Positions 26,055 to 35,693 of a stretch of 64,000 nt of DNA are shown here, piece after piece. Origin of the DNA: Acidobacteriota bacterium (GTDB lineage: Bacteria > Acidobacteriota > UBA4820 > DSQY01); assembly GCA_021778515.1 (NCBI GenBank), contig JAJYCJ010000005.1:1341-65340 (forward strand). Direction: 5' to 3'. The position numbers and the translations under genes were made by a program. Under the pieces are notes generated by a model. The model made no database searches and was not told the origin of the DNA. It saw nothing but the letters and a program-made list of their open reading frames with translations. How positions within the stretch are numbered: position 1 is the first letter of the stretch; the number at the start of each line of letters is the position of its first letter.

Positions 26055-26843
26055 TCAGGGATTGGGCGGCGGAGAGGATCCCGAGGCCGGCTGCGTGTAC
26101 GCCAGCAGGAAGCGCCGGGTCTCGGGGTTCATTTCCAGAAAGACGATTCCGTAACCGACCCTGGTCTTCCGCACCACCCGGGCCTTGAATTCCACGACCT
26201 TGAGCGGCACCGTTCCCGGCACCCCCACTCGGAGGCTGACCATGCTCTTGTGCGGAAGCTCTTCTTCCAGGGAAACCTGGGCTCCGGTCAGTGAGATGTC
26301 GCGGAGCACCCCGCGCAGCTTCTGCCCTCCGCCCGATACCAGGCAGGCGGTCTGGAGGGCGCGCCGCGGCGCCCTTCGCAGGTCCCAGCTCGCGGAGCCT
26401 TCATCGGTCTGCCTTTCGACCAGGCCGGGAGGAGGCGGGCCGGTGGGCGGCTTGCGGGGGACCGCCTCCGCGGGAAGGTTGCTCAGGAGATGGACCAGCG
26501 AGCTTTCCAGTTGATCCCTTCGGACGGGCTTGGCCAGGACGAGGGTGCGCTGCCCCGTCGAGGCCTCCACGTTCATCCCTTCTTCCGTGAGGATGAGGAC
26601 TGGAAGGTCGCGAAAGGCGGCCTCGGAGCGAAGCGCGCTCAGGGTCCGAAAGCCCCCGACGGTGGGAAGCGAGAAGTCAATCACCAGGAGGTCGGGGAGG
26701 CCCGAGAGGTACATGGCCTGGATGGCCGACATGTCACTCGCGAACACCTGGCAACTCAGGCGCACGCCGCCCAGCCTCTCGAAGGGATCGGCGAAAAGCA
26801 ACAATTCCGCTTCGGCCAGGACGGCCGACACCCGGTACGCCAT
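26055..26843 (-). CDS. Receiver domain-PilZ domain protein
   Basis: PDLLVIDFSLP..G..LPVLILT..KP receiver; PilZ RRAPR and DISLTG motifs. Confidence 0.85.
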   Translation of the reverse strand: MAYRVSAVLAEAELLLFADPFERLGGVRLSCQVFASDMSAIQAMYLSGLPDLLVIDFSLPTVGGFRTLSALRSEAAFRDLPVLILTEEGMNVEASTGQRTLVLAKPVRRDQLESSLVHLLSNLPAEAVPRKPPTGPPPPGLVERQTDEGSASWDLRRAPRRALQTACLVSGGGQKLRGVLRDISLTGAQVSLEEELPHKSMVSLRVGVPGTVPLKVVEFKARVVRKTRVGYGIVFLEMNPETRRFLLAYTQPASGSSPPPNP

Positions 26844-26972
26844 CTGTCCCCGCCCTATTGGGCCGCCCATCCAGGCGACGCGGCACCCCACCCGTTCCTC
26901 AAATGCCAGATTATGTTATCACGGGCCACGCGGGGGAGGGAACGGGGCGAGGCCCTTCGGCAAAACCCGAGG

Positions 26973-27731
26973 TCAGGCCGCCTGTTCGGGGACGGGCTTG
27001 CGTCTGAAGAGGTAGGAGATGAGAATGCCCAGGCCATAGAGCACGATGATCGGCACGGCCACGATGGTCTGGTTCACCGGGTCGCCGGAGGGTGTGATGA
27101 CCGCCGCGATGATGAAGGCGATCAAGACGGCCCACTTGAACTTCCGCAGCAGGAAGCCCGGGCTGACGATGCCCAGCCGGGTGAGGAAGAGAATGAGGAT
27201 GGGGGTTTCGAAGGTCAGGCCGATGCCCAGGAGGAACTTCATTTCGAAGTCCCAGAAATAGGAGACCGTCACCACGTTGGTGAACCCCTCGTTGAACTGG
27301 AAGAAGAACCGGAAGGTGTAGGGCAGAACCACGTAGTAGCAGAAAGCCACGCCGGCGAGAAAAAAGAGGGAGGTTCCCAGCACGAAGGGGAGGGCCATCC
27401 TCTTCTCCCTGGACTTGAGGCCGGGGGCGATGAAGCGCCAGAGCTGGTAGAAGATCCAGGGGGCGGAGATCACGAGGCCCACGACGAAGGCCACCTTCAT
27501 GTAGAGGAAGAAGACCTCCGTGATCTCCGTATAGGCCAGGCTCTGCTGGCCCTTGGGCAGGTATTTGAAGTAGGGGGCCACCAGAAATCTCATGATCTTG
27601 TCCAGGAACAGGGTGGCCACCCCGAAGGCTACGGCCAATCCGACGAGGGCGAAGTAGATGCGCCGCCTGAGCTCCTCGAAGTGATCGAGGAAGCTCATCT
27701 CTCCCGTTCCCTGGGTCCCCTTTCCGGCCAT
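26973..27731 (-). CDS. tatC: Twin-arginine translocase subunit TatC
   Basis: MSFLDHFEELRRRI, YQLWRFIAPGL, FETP, AAVITPSGDP. Confidence 0.96.
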   Translation of the reverse strand: MAGKGTQGTGEMSFLDHFEELRRRIYFALVGLAVAFGVATLFLDKIMRFLVAPYFKYLPKGQQSLAYTEITEVFFLYMKVAFVVGLVISAPWIFYQLWRFIAPGLKSREKRMALPFVLGTSLFFLAGVAFCYYVVLPYTFRFFFQFNEGFTNVVTVSYFWDFEMKFLLGIGLTFETPILILFLTRLGIVSPGFLLRKFKWAVLIAFIIAAVITPSGDPVNQTIVAVPIIVLYGLGILISYLFRRKPVPEQAA

Positions 27732-28147
27732 CAGCGCGGCTCCACCGGTGGGGGCGGCGGTTCGTCACGGCGCTCCGGCTCGCCGGCGGGGGGCGAGGCG
27801 GACTGCGGCGCTTGCGCCGGCGGTTGGGAGCCGGGCACGGCGAGGGGATCGCGCCGCTCCTGATCCACGGGCGAGGCGGCCGGAGCGAGCGCCGTTTCGG
27901 CCGGCGGCCGGTAGGCGGGCGCTGGGAGGGCGCCGCTGGGACGCTCGGCGGGAGGCTCCACCGTGGCCGTGCGCTTGATGTCATCCACCTCCCGTTCGAT
28001 GGTGTCCTGCAGCTCCTGCGTGGCGCGCTTGAACTCGCGCATGGCCCGGCCCAGCGACTTGCCCAGCTCGGGGAGCTTCTGGGGCCCGAAGAGGAGGAGG
28101 GCGATGACCAGGATGAGCAGGAGCTCGCCGGGGCCGATGTCAAACAT
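27731..28147 (-). CDS. tatA: Twin-arginine translocase TatA/TatB family subunit
   Basis: [40 protein letters not shown] plus a Pro-rich tail. Confidence 0.9.
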   Translation of the reverse strand: MFDIGPGELLLILVIALLLFGPQKLPELGKSLGRAMREFKRATQELQDTIEREVDDIKRTATVEPPAERPSGALPAPAYRPPAETALAPAASPVDQERRDPLAVPGSQPPAQAPQSASPPAGEPERRDEPPPPPVEPR

Positions 28148-28967
28148 GGCGTTCCTCCAGAGGTCCCTGGCTCAGGCTTCCGGAGCGGAAGCCCTCCAGG
28201 TCCAGCGTGATGAAGCGAAATCCCAACTCCTTCATGTGGCGGCAGAGCGCCTCCCTGAAAGCCGGCTCCAGGAGTCGGCCCATCCCCTCCCCTTCAACCT
28301 CGATACGGGCCGCGTCGTCCAGCAGGCGGACGCGCACCTGGCGAAAACCGTGGGCCTTCAGAAATTGCTCAGCCCTCTCCACGCGCGACAGGTCTCCCAG
28401 AAGGATGGGCCGGCCCGCCGGGAACCGAGAGGAGAGGCACGCCGCAGCCGGTTTGTCCCAGGTCTCCAGGCCGAGCTCTCTGGATCGCTCCCGCACCTCC
28501 GCCTTGGTGAAGCCCGCCTCCAGGAGCGGGGCCCGTGTTCCGCGCTCTTCGGCGGCCTTCATGCCTGGCCGCCACTCGCCCACGTCGTCGGCGATGGCTC
28601 CGAACAGAAGCCAGCGCATCCCCTGCGCCGACGCCACCTCCTCCATCCGGGCAAAGAGTTCGCTCTTGCAGTGGTAGCATCGGAAGGCGTCGTTGGCCAC
28701 GAAGGCGGGATTGTCCATCTCGCGGGAATGGACCACCTGATGCCGGATCCCCCGCCGCCGGGCGAAGGCCACGGCGGCCTCGAGCTCTTCGCGGGGAAGG
28801 GTGGGCGAGTCGGCCGTGACGCCCATGCAACGCTCACCCAGGACGGCCGCGGCCTCCACCAGGAGAAGGGCCGAATCGGCGCCTCCGGAAAAGGCCACGA
28901 GCGCCCCCTCCCTGAACGGATCCAGGATCGTGCGAAGCCGGGCGACCTTCTCTTCCAGCGCATTCAC
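28140..28967 (-). CDS. larE: ATP-dependent sulfur transferase LarE family
   Basis: [11 protein letters not shown]-loop, [32 protein letters not shown]. Confidence 0.9.
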   Translation of the reverse strand: MNALEEKVARLRTILDPFREGALVAFSGGADSALLLVEAAAVLGERCMGVTADSPTLPREELEAAVAFARRRGIRHQVVHSREMDNPAFVANDAFRCYHCKSELFARMEEVASAQGMRWLLFGAIADDVGEWRPGMKAAEERGTRAPLLEAGFTKAEVRERSRELGLETWDKPAAACLSSRFPAGRPILLGDLSRVERAEQFLKAHGFRQVRVRLLDDAARIEVEGEGMGRLLEPAFREALCRHMKELGFRFITLDLEGFRSGSLSQGPLEERHV

Positions 28968-29049
28968 GGGGGGCTCACCTCGATACCTCCAGACAGGTGT
29001 CCACTGTAGTCCAGATGAGGCGTGAGGACAACGCCTGTCCGATCGAAGC

Positions 29050-31617
29050 TCAGTGGCACTCTCCTTCTTGCCGGTCCCGTTTCCTTCGGTCCACGACGGT
29101 CAGGAGCGCCACGAGCACGGTGAGGGTTCCGATCATGCAGAACAGGCTGCCCAGAAGGCTCACGTAGCCCATGCTGCGGAGGCCGGGGTAGGACGACAGG
29201 GACATGGACCCGAAGCCGGCGATGGTGGTGAGCGCGGCGATGGCGATGGGGTTGCCCGTCTCCTGGATGACCCGGACCATGTCGTGTCCGTCCTCCTCCA
29301 GGTACCTGTGAACGAGATAGATGCCGTAGTCCGAGCCGATGCCGAGTATCATCGTGGTCACGAAGATGTTCATCATGTTGAGCGACTCCCCCATCAGGCG
29401 GAGGCTCCCCAGCATCCAGACGAGGCCAACTGCCAGCGGAACGAGCGAGTACACCGCGGGCCAGAAGGCCCGGAAATCGAACACGATGATCAGGAAGACC
29501 AGGAGGGTTCCCACGAGGAAGGCGAGGAGCGCGTCGTGGCGCACCTGCCTCCGCAGCACCTTGCTGAGGACGTTGATGCCCACCACCTTTGCCTGAGGGT
29601 CGGTCGCGTGCACGGCCCGGATCAGCCCCTGGGGCTCGAACCGCTTGAATTCGTCCGGAATGTAGAGATACGCCACTCCCCGGTAATGGTCGGGGCCCTT
29701 CTGGACGATGTATTTTCTGAGGATGGGGGCCAGGGGGCCCTTCATGAGGTGGGCATAGGTCACCGGACCGGTGGGATCCAGCATGCGGTGGAGGGTCTTG
29801 AGGTAGGGATCGAAATAGGCTTGATTGAAGTTGTTGGCTTGGCAGGCGGAATCGAAGACCGCCCGGATCCGGTCGTAGGAGAAGGCCTCGCCCTTGTCCT
29901 CGTGAAGCACTCGAAGCACCGCTTCCTGGCTCTTTTCAGTCGGGAGGTAGGTGGAGATGCTGTCGGTGAAGAGGATGTCCCCCGCCTTCACGAAGGGCTG
30001 CACGGCCTCAACGACTTTCTTGGAAGCCCGGACCACCCCGTCCGGCGTGGGGGCATCCACGACCACCATCATGTAGGTGAGCGATGCCCCGAACTTCTTC
30101 GCCACCTCGGTACTCACGTTTATCCCCTCGTTCTTCGGGCTCCTGAGGTTCTGGACGTTGTCGTCCAGGCGAACCCCCAGCGCCAGTACGCCCATCGCCA
30201 CCGTCACGATGGCCGCCACCGAGAGGGTCCACCTGGGATGGCGGTGGGCCCACCGCGCCATTCGCTCGAACCCGAAGCTGTGCATGTGAAAGGTGGGTTC
30301 GATCCCCTTGCGCGTCTTGTGGATCTGGTGGAAGTACAGCATGGCCGGAAGCAGGACGAACACGCTGGCGCAGCAGAACAGGATGCCCACGGCCGTGTAG
30401 ATGCCCACCTGGCGCATGCCGTTGAACTTGGTCAGGATCATGGCGCCGAAGGTGCAGGCCGTGGTGGCGGCTCCGACCATGACGCCTTTGCCCGTATTGC
30501 CCATGATGGAGGCCAGGCTCTCCTCGGCGGTCCGGCCCCGGTTGCGCTCCTCGATGTAGCGCCCGTACATGACGGTCGAGAAGTCGATCCCGAGCCCCAC
30601 CAGGAGGGCACCGAAGCCGGCGGTGGCGCTGTTGAGCGTCACCCCCAGCAGGTGCGCGATTCCGAAGGTCAGGATCAGGCCCAGAAGGAGCGGAGCCCAT
30701 CCGTAGACCAGGGCGCTCTTGCGCCGGAACGCCCACAGGAACACGAACATGACGAGGACCACCGAGGTCACTGTGTTGATGAGGGCATCGTGCTTGATCA
30801 GGTTGGCGTCGTCCTGGGCGATCGGATAGCCGCCGCCGTAACTCACCTTGAGGAACTTGACCTCCTCGGGGTTCTCCTGGCCCCACTGGGCGCGCACCTT
30901 GGCCTCCAGGGAGCGGACGGTGCTCATCAGCTTCTTTCCGTAGGTGATGTCCTGCGCGGGGTGATCGGGGCGCACGATCATGAGGAGGGAGCTACCGTCC
31001 TTGGAGAGGTAGTAGCCGTCGGAGAGGTCCACGTTGAGCTGCCGCGTCTTGCCCATGAAGTGGCGCTTGAGGACGGAGAACAGCCCGAACGGGTCGTACT
31101 GGATCAGCTCCTTGGTCATCAGCGACGCCGGATTGGAAAGGAACCGCCGGTTGTCCGCCACCTGCTTGCGGATCTGGGCGTCCGTGAACCGCGAGGCCAC
31201 CTCGGGAAGGTCCGACTGGTTCAGATAGAGGAGCGTGTAGGGAAGCATCTCCTGGATGACGCCCTCGTAATCCTGAAGGCGGTACTCCACGCCCTCCACC
31301 ATTCCGCTCTTGCGCAACCCCGAGGCCATGTCGTCGGCGAATTCCTCGTAGTTGTCTATGGGGTGGCCCTTGGGGTCCTTGGTCTGCACGAGGATGAACA
31401 GGTAGTCCAGGCTCTTGAAGTCGTGCGTGGCCTCCCGGAAGTTCTCGACGGTCGGATTGTGACGCGGCAGGAGGTCGAGGATGTCGGAGTCGATCCGGGG
31501 AGGCTTGACGATAAAAAGGACCACGACGGACGCCGCGAGAAGCAGGGCGATGCTGAACACCCACCGGTAGTGCACGGCGCAAACGCTGGCCAATTTGCGC
31601 AGCAGGGTCTCTCTCAT
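29050..31617 (-). CDS. MMPL/RND family membrane exporter
   Basis: Two RND-like halves with GLGIDFS and GIGSDYG motifs, ALTTIAGFGSM. Confidence 0.88.
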   Translation of the reverse strand: MRETLLRKLASVCAVHYRWVFSIALLLAASVVVLFIVKPPRIDSDILDLLPRHNPTVENFREATHDFKSLDYLFILVQTKDPKGHPIDNYEEFADDMASGLRKSGMVEGVEYRLQDYEGVIQEMLPYTLLYLNQSDLPEVASRFTDAQIRKQVADNRRFLSNPASLMTKELIQYDPFGLFSVLKRHFMGKTRQLNVDLSDGYYLSKDGSSLLMIVRPDHPAQDITYGKKLMSTVRSLEAKVRAQWGQENPEEVKFLKVSYGGGYPIAQDDANLIKHDALINTVTSVVLVMFVFLWAFRRKSALVYGWAPLLLGLILTFGIAHLLGVTLNSATAGFGALLVGLGIDFSTVMYGRYIEERNRGRTAEESLASIMGNTGKGVMVGAATTACTFGAMILTKFNGMRQVGIYTAVGILFCCASVFVLLPAMLYFHQIHKTRKGIEPTFHMHSFGFERMARWAHRHPRWTLSVAAIVTVAMGVLALGVRLDDNVQNLRSPKNEGINVSTEVAKKFGASLTYMMVVVDAPTPDGVVRASKKVVEAVQPFVKAGDILFTDSISTYLPTEKSQEAVLRVLHEDKGEAFSYDRIRAVFDSACQANNFNQAYFDPYLKTLHRMLDPTGPVTYAHLMKGPLAPILRKYIVQKGPDHYRGVAYLYIPDEFKRFEPQGLIRAVHATDPQAKVVGINVLSKVLRRQVRHDALLAFLVGTLLVFLIIVFDFRAFWPAVYSLVPLAVGLVWMLGSLRLMGESLNMMNIFVTTMILGIGSDYGIYLVHRYLEEDGHDMVRVIQETGNPIAIAALTTIAGFGSMSLSSYPGLRSMGYVSLLGSLFCMIGTLTVLVALLTVVDRRKRDRQEGECH

Positions 31618-31645
31618 GGACCTCTCCTGTTGTGGCTCCCAGGCT

Positions 31646-32284
31646 TCATGAGAGGGCCTCTCCCTTGATGCGCATGGGCGTGTTCACCGCACCCGCCGAC
31701 ATGATGAAGGTGAGACCCTCCTCCACGCTGATGTCCAGCGGAAGGACCTCCTCGGCCGGCAGGATCACGAGGTATCCGGAGGTGGGATTGGGGGTCGTGG
31801 GGACGAACACGTTGTAGTGCTCCCGCTGGCAGCGGGCGTTGAGATCTCCCTGGCTTGCGCTGGTGATGAAGCCCATCGTCCAGCACCCCTTCCTCGGGAA
31901 TTCCACCAGGACGACCCGCTGGAAGCCCTTCTCCCGCTGGAAGGTTTCGAGCAGTTGTTTGGTGGCCGAATAGATGGGCTTGGCCAGCGGCAGGCTCATG
32001 AGGAGGCGTTCGAACCCCTGCCACGCCTTCTTGCCCAGATAGGACCGCACCAGCAGGCCCAGGATCACGAGCAGGGCGACGGTTATGACCAGGGAAGCGG
32101 CCTCCGTCACTCCCGCCACGGGTTCCCGTCCGATCCACCGGAAGGCCAGGGTCACGAAGGGGGCGCTCACGGACACGAGCAGCTTGAAGCCGGTGTAGAG
32201 GATCCAGGCGGTGACGGCCAGCGGCAAAACCAGGACCAGCCCCGTCAGAAATGAGCGCCGAAGGGCGATCCAGAAACCCCTCAC
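31646..32284 (-). CDS. DUF502 family membrane protein
   Basis: FLTGLVLVLPL, PIYSATKQ, VVLVEFPRKG, VFVPTTPNPTSGY; GTG start overlaps the pgsA stop. Confidence 0.88.
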   Translation of the reverse strand: MRGFWIALRRSFLTGLVLVLPLAVTAWILYTGFKLLVSVSAPFVTLAFRWIGREPVAGVTEAASLVITVALLVILGLLVRSYLGKKAWQGFERLLMSLPLAKPIYSATKQLLETFQREKGFQRVVLVEFPRKGCWTMGFITSASQGDLNARCQREHYNVFVPTTPNPTSGYLVILPAEEVLPLDISVEEGLTFIMSAGAVNTPMRIKGEALS

Positions 32285-32874
32285 GCCTGGTCCCCGCGGA
32301 AGAGGTCTATGCGGCGGGCGAACTTCACGAAGTACTCCACCATGGATACGATGGCGATGAGGGCGACGAAGTAGAGGAGTCCCACGCCCGTGAACTTGAC
32401 CCACTCCCAGTCCCGTTGATTGCCCCAGATGATGAAGGAGATGGCCAGCACCTCCACCACCATCTTCCACTTGCCCAAGACCCCCGCGGGAATGGCCACC
32501 TGGTGAATGGCGGCGATCATCCTGAGGCCCGTCACCGTGAACTCGCGGCCGATGATGATCACCACCACCCAGGCCTGCGCCAAGTGCAGCTCCACCAGCG
32601 ATATGAGGACCGAGGCAATCAGAAGTTTGTCGGCGATGGGATCGAGGAGCTGTCCGAGGGTGGTCACCTGGTTGCGCTTGCGGGCCAGGTAGCCGTCCAG
32701 AAGGTCGGTGAGAGAGGCCAACACGAAGATCCCGACGGCCAGTTCCTCGCGGTTGAAGAAGAACCACTTCTCAAAGTGGAATTCGGTGAGCAGAACGACG
32801 ACCACCAGGGGCACCAGAAAGATCCGGAACCCCGTGAGGGTGTTGGGGAGATTGAGGGCTGGATTGCTCTTCAT
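32281..32874 (-). CDS. pgsA: CDP-diacylglycerol--glycerol-3-phosphate 3-phosphatidyltransferase
   Basis: NLPNTLTGFRI, TDLLDGYLARK..T.LGQLLDPIADKLL, GKWK. Confidence 0.94.
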   Translation of the reverse strand: MKSNPALNLPNTLTGFRIFLVPLVVVVLLTEFHFEKWFFFNREELAVGIFVLASLTDLLDGYLARKRNQVTTLGQLLDPIADKLLIASVLISLVELHLAQAWVVVIIIGREFTVTGLRMIAAIHQVAIPAGVLGKWKMVVEVLAISFIIWGNQRDWEWVKFTGVGLLYFVALIAIVSMVEYFVKFARRIDLFRGDQA

Positions 32875-32985
32875 GGCCGGCCGCTGATCCCGCCGATCTC
32901 CGAGGGGATATCGCCCTGATCGAAGGGCCTTCGCCCGTCGTGGTCGCGCCGACCCGTTCGCCCGAACAGCGGGGTATTCACGAGG

Positions 32986-34533
32986 CTACCTCGGCCGCTT
33001 CCGGCGGTCCAGGTCGAACCGCTCAATCATCTTGATCAGCCCCCGGCGCGTGATGCCCAGGTCCTCCGCGGCACGGGTCTTGTTCCAGCGGTACTTCTGG
33101 AGGGCCTCCAACAGCATCTTCCGCTGGATGGCGTCCAGCGACTCCTTCAGGCGGTTGCCGCCGGCCGCGCTGGAGAGGAGCGCGGCCTGCTGGATGACCT
33201 CCGAGAGGTGGTGGGCCGTCACCATCTCGCCGTCGTTCAGGAGGATGGCCAGGCGCTCCATCTCGTTCTTGAGCTGGCGCACGTTCCCGGGCCAGTGATA
33301 GGCCGTGAGCACGTCCACCGCGTCCTTCTCAAACCCCACGTGCCGCCTGCCCAGCTTGCCCGCGAACAGGGTCAGGAAGTGCCTGGCCAGGAGGGGGATG
33401 TCCTCCTTGCGGTCCCTCATGGGCGGAAGCTTGATGGTGACCACGTTGAGGCGGTAGAAGAGGTCCTCCCTGAACAGACCTCGCTGGATCTGGTCCTGGA
33501 GGTCCTTGTTGGTGGCCGACAGAATGCGCACGTCCACCTTCCGCGACTGGTTGTCCCCTATCCGGCGGATCTCGCCCTCCTGGAGCGCCCGCAGGATCTT
33601 GGCCTGCGAGGAGAGGGAGAGGTCTCCGATCTCGTCCAGGAGGAGGGTCCCCCCGTCGGCCACCTCGAAGAGGCCGGGCTTGTCGTGGGTCGCCCCCGTG
33701 TAGGAGCCCTTCTTGTAGCCGAAAAGCTCGCTCTCGAGCAGGGTCTCCGGGAGGGAGGCGCAATTCTGGGTGATGAACTTCTTGTCGCGCCGTGGAGATT
33801 TGTAATGGATGGCCCTGGCGATGAGCTCCTTGCCCGTGCCGCTCTCGCCCATGATCAGGACGGACACGTTGCTGGCGGCCACCAGCTCCACGGTTTCGAG
33901 GATGGAGATGATCTTCGGCGAATTCGAAATGATCTCGGGGAACCCCTGTTCCGCCGAGGCGATCTGGCGGAGGTAGCTGTTCTCCAGGCGGAAGCTCTCG
34001 CGCTCCTGCGCGGTCTGGACGGCCGAGGAGGAGAGGTCGACGAAGGACTTCAGGAAGAGGTAGTCCCGCTCGGTGAAGGCTCCCGGGAGCTTGCCGTGGT
34101 CCACGTACAGCGCGCCCAGGAGGGTCTCCCCGTGGATCAGCGGCAGGCAGAGCACGGAGAGGATGTTGTAGTGGATCGCGCTCTCGCTCTGGAATCGGGG
34201 ATCGGTCTGGGCGTTCGCGGCGAGGATCCCCTCCTTCCGGTTGATGGCGGATTGAACCACCGACAGGGCCACCTTCTGGGCATCCACCAGCTCGTCGGGA
34301 TACAGGGACCGCGCGACCGTCGGATAGAGATCCCCGTGCCGGTCCCGCAGGAACACCACCCCTCTCTCGGCGTGGAGGTGTTGGATGGCCAGGTCGACCA
34401 GGTTCTGGAGGAGGGGTTCCAGTTCGGTGAAGGAGTGGACCACGTAGGCCAGACGGTACAGCGTCTCCAGATCCTGGCGGCCTTCTGGAATGGGCGGCTC
34501 TTCCGCTGTCTGGCCCAGGGTCTCCTCGGTCAT
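32986..34533 (-). CDS. GAF-sigma54 interaction (AAA+)-Fis HTH transcriptional activator
   Basis: GESGTGKEL, ESELFGY..GSYTGA, LDEIGDL, FREDLFYRLNV, WPGNVRQL, WNKTRAAEDLGI. Confidence 0.93.
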   Translation of the reverse strand: MTEETLGQTAEEPPIPEGRQDLETLYRLAYVVHSFTELEPLLQNLVDLAIQHLHAERGVVFLRDRHGDLYPTVARSLYPDELVDAQKVALSVVQSAINRKEGILAANAQTDPRFQSESAIHYNILSVLCLPLIHGETLLGALYVDHGKLPGAFTERDYLFLKSFVDLSSSAVQTAQERESFRLENSYLRQIASAEQGFPEIISNSPKIISILETVELVAASNVSVLIMGESGTGKELIARAIHYKSPRRDKKFITQNCASLPETLLESELFGYKKGSYTGATHDKPGLFEVADGGTLLLDEIGDLSLSSQAKILRALQEGEIRRIGDNQSRKVDVRILSATNKDLQDQIQRGLFREDLFYRLNVVTIKLPPMRDRKEDIPLLARHFLTLFAGKLGRRHVGFEKDAVDVLTAYHWPGNVRQLKNEMERLAILLNDGEMVTAHHLSEVIQQAALLSSAAGGNRLKESLDAIQRKMLLEALQKYRWNKTRAAEDLGITRRGLIKMIERFDLDRRKRPR

Positions 34534-35276
34534 GCCTTCGCCTTGAGATCCTGCAGTTTGGTGTCCACCCGCTTGACCAGGGGGTCGTCCTTGGCCTTGT
34601 CGCCCGTGACGGTCTTCTGGACCATTTGATAGGCCTCTATGGCTTTCGCCTTCTCCGCGCGCCGCTCGTAGAACTGACCCAGCTCCCAATATCCCTCGCC
34701 CTTCGGCCACGTGGGGTTGTTCAGGGTAGCCAGCGTCTTCCAGTCCTGCTCCGCCTTGTCCCACTGCTTGGAGGCCTCGTAGAGGCGCGCGCGCAGGTTC
34801 AGCGCCAGCGGGGCCAGGCTACCTTGCGTGAGAGGAGAGAGAGTGGCGATGGCCTCGGGAAGGCTTCCCGAATCGGCCTGGGCCAGGGCCTTGTAATAGG
34901 CGGCCAGCCCGCCGGTGGCCCCGAAGCCCACCTGGTTCTGAAGGGCTTGAAGGCGCGTCTCGACCTCGTTGAGCTTCTGGGCCTCCGAGGTAAAGGAGAG
35001 CTGGCCCGCGGGGGCGCTCTTGCCCTTCTCCTCGATGGGCGCGGTGTACGCCTCCATCACCCGGGCCATGAGATAGGAGGCCTTGGCCTGCCGGCTTTCG
35101 TGACGGGACCAGAGCGCGAAGGCTCCCAAACCCACCGCCAGGACCGCGAGGAGGGCCGCCGCGTAAACCTTCCAGTGCCGTTCCATGTTGGCGATGGTGC
35201 CGAAATAGAACTCCGACAGCAGGTCGCGGAATTCGTCCTCTCTCATGTCCCGTTTGGTGAGTTTCTTGCTGACCAT
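34530..35276 (-). CDS. YfgM-like membrane-anchored TPR protein
   Basis: KRDMREDEF N-terminus, single TM helix, TPR-like helices. Confidence 0.75.
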   Translation of the reverse strand: MVSKKLTKRDMREDEFRDLLSEFYFGTIANMERHWKVYAAALLAVLAVGLGAFALWSRHESRQAKASYLMARVMEAYTAPIEEKGKSAPAGQLSFTSEAQKLNEVETRLQALQNQVGFGATGGLAAYYKALAQADSGSLPEAIATLSPLTQGSLAPLALNLRARLYEASKQWDKAEQDWKTLATLNNPTWPKGEGYWELGQFYERRAEKAKAIEAYQMVQKTVTGDKAKDDPLVKRVDTKLQDLKAKA

Positions 35277-35296
35277 TTCTTCTCCTCTGAGTGTGA

Positions 35297-35373
35297 TGGT
35301 GTGCCTGGCGGGAGTTGAACCCACGACCCCCTGCTTAGGAGGCAGGTGCTCTATCCAACTGAGCTACAGGCAC
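35297..35373 (-). tRNA. tRNA-Arg(CCT)
   Basis: GTGCCTGTAGCTCAGTTGGATAGAGCACCTGCCTCCTAAGCAG..GGTTCAACTCCC..CACACCA: cloverleaf, anticodon CCT, encoded CCA end. Confidence 0.97.
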
Positions 35374-35393
35374 ATACCAGGCCAAAAGGCCGC

Positions 35394-35681
35394 TCAGTAT
35401 TCTATAGTAAAGCTCCCGGCCTTTTCAAGGGATTTTGAAGGAGCGAAGGACTCCAGCCGGTCCACCCGGGCGTGGCCGGGTCCCGCGCGCAGGGCGGTCT
35501 CCAGCGCCGCGACGGCATCCAGCGCGCCCCGCGCCTGGACTTCCACCGTCCCATCCATGAGATTGCGGGTCCAGCCCGTGAGGCCCAGGGAGAGGGCCGT
35601 GCGCGCCACGAAATAGCGGAAGCCCACCCCTTGAACCCTGCCGTGCACGTACCAGGCCGCCGAGCGCGGCTGATCGCCCAT
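35394..35681 (-). CDS. acyP: Acylphosphatase
   Basis: VHGRVQGVGFRY, GWTRNLMDGTVEV, GP..ARV. Confidence 0.92.
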   Translation of the reverse strand: MGDQPRSAAWYVHGRVQGVGFRYFVARTALSLGLTGWTRNLMDGTVEVQARGALDAVAALETALRAGPGHARVDRLESFAPSKSLEKAGSFTIEY

Positions 35682-35693
35682 GGCACGATTGTA

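Noticed and set aside
35297..35373. tRNA-Arg as an integration site for an island
   Set aside because: I saw no integrase and no duplicated tRNA 3' end; housekeeping genes follow directly.
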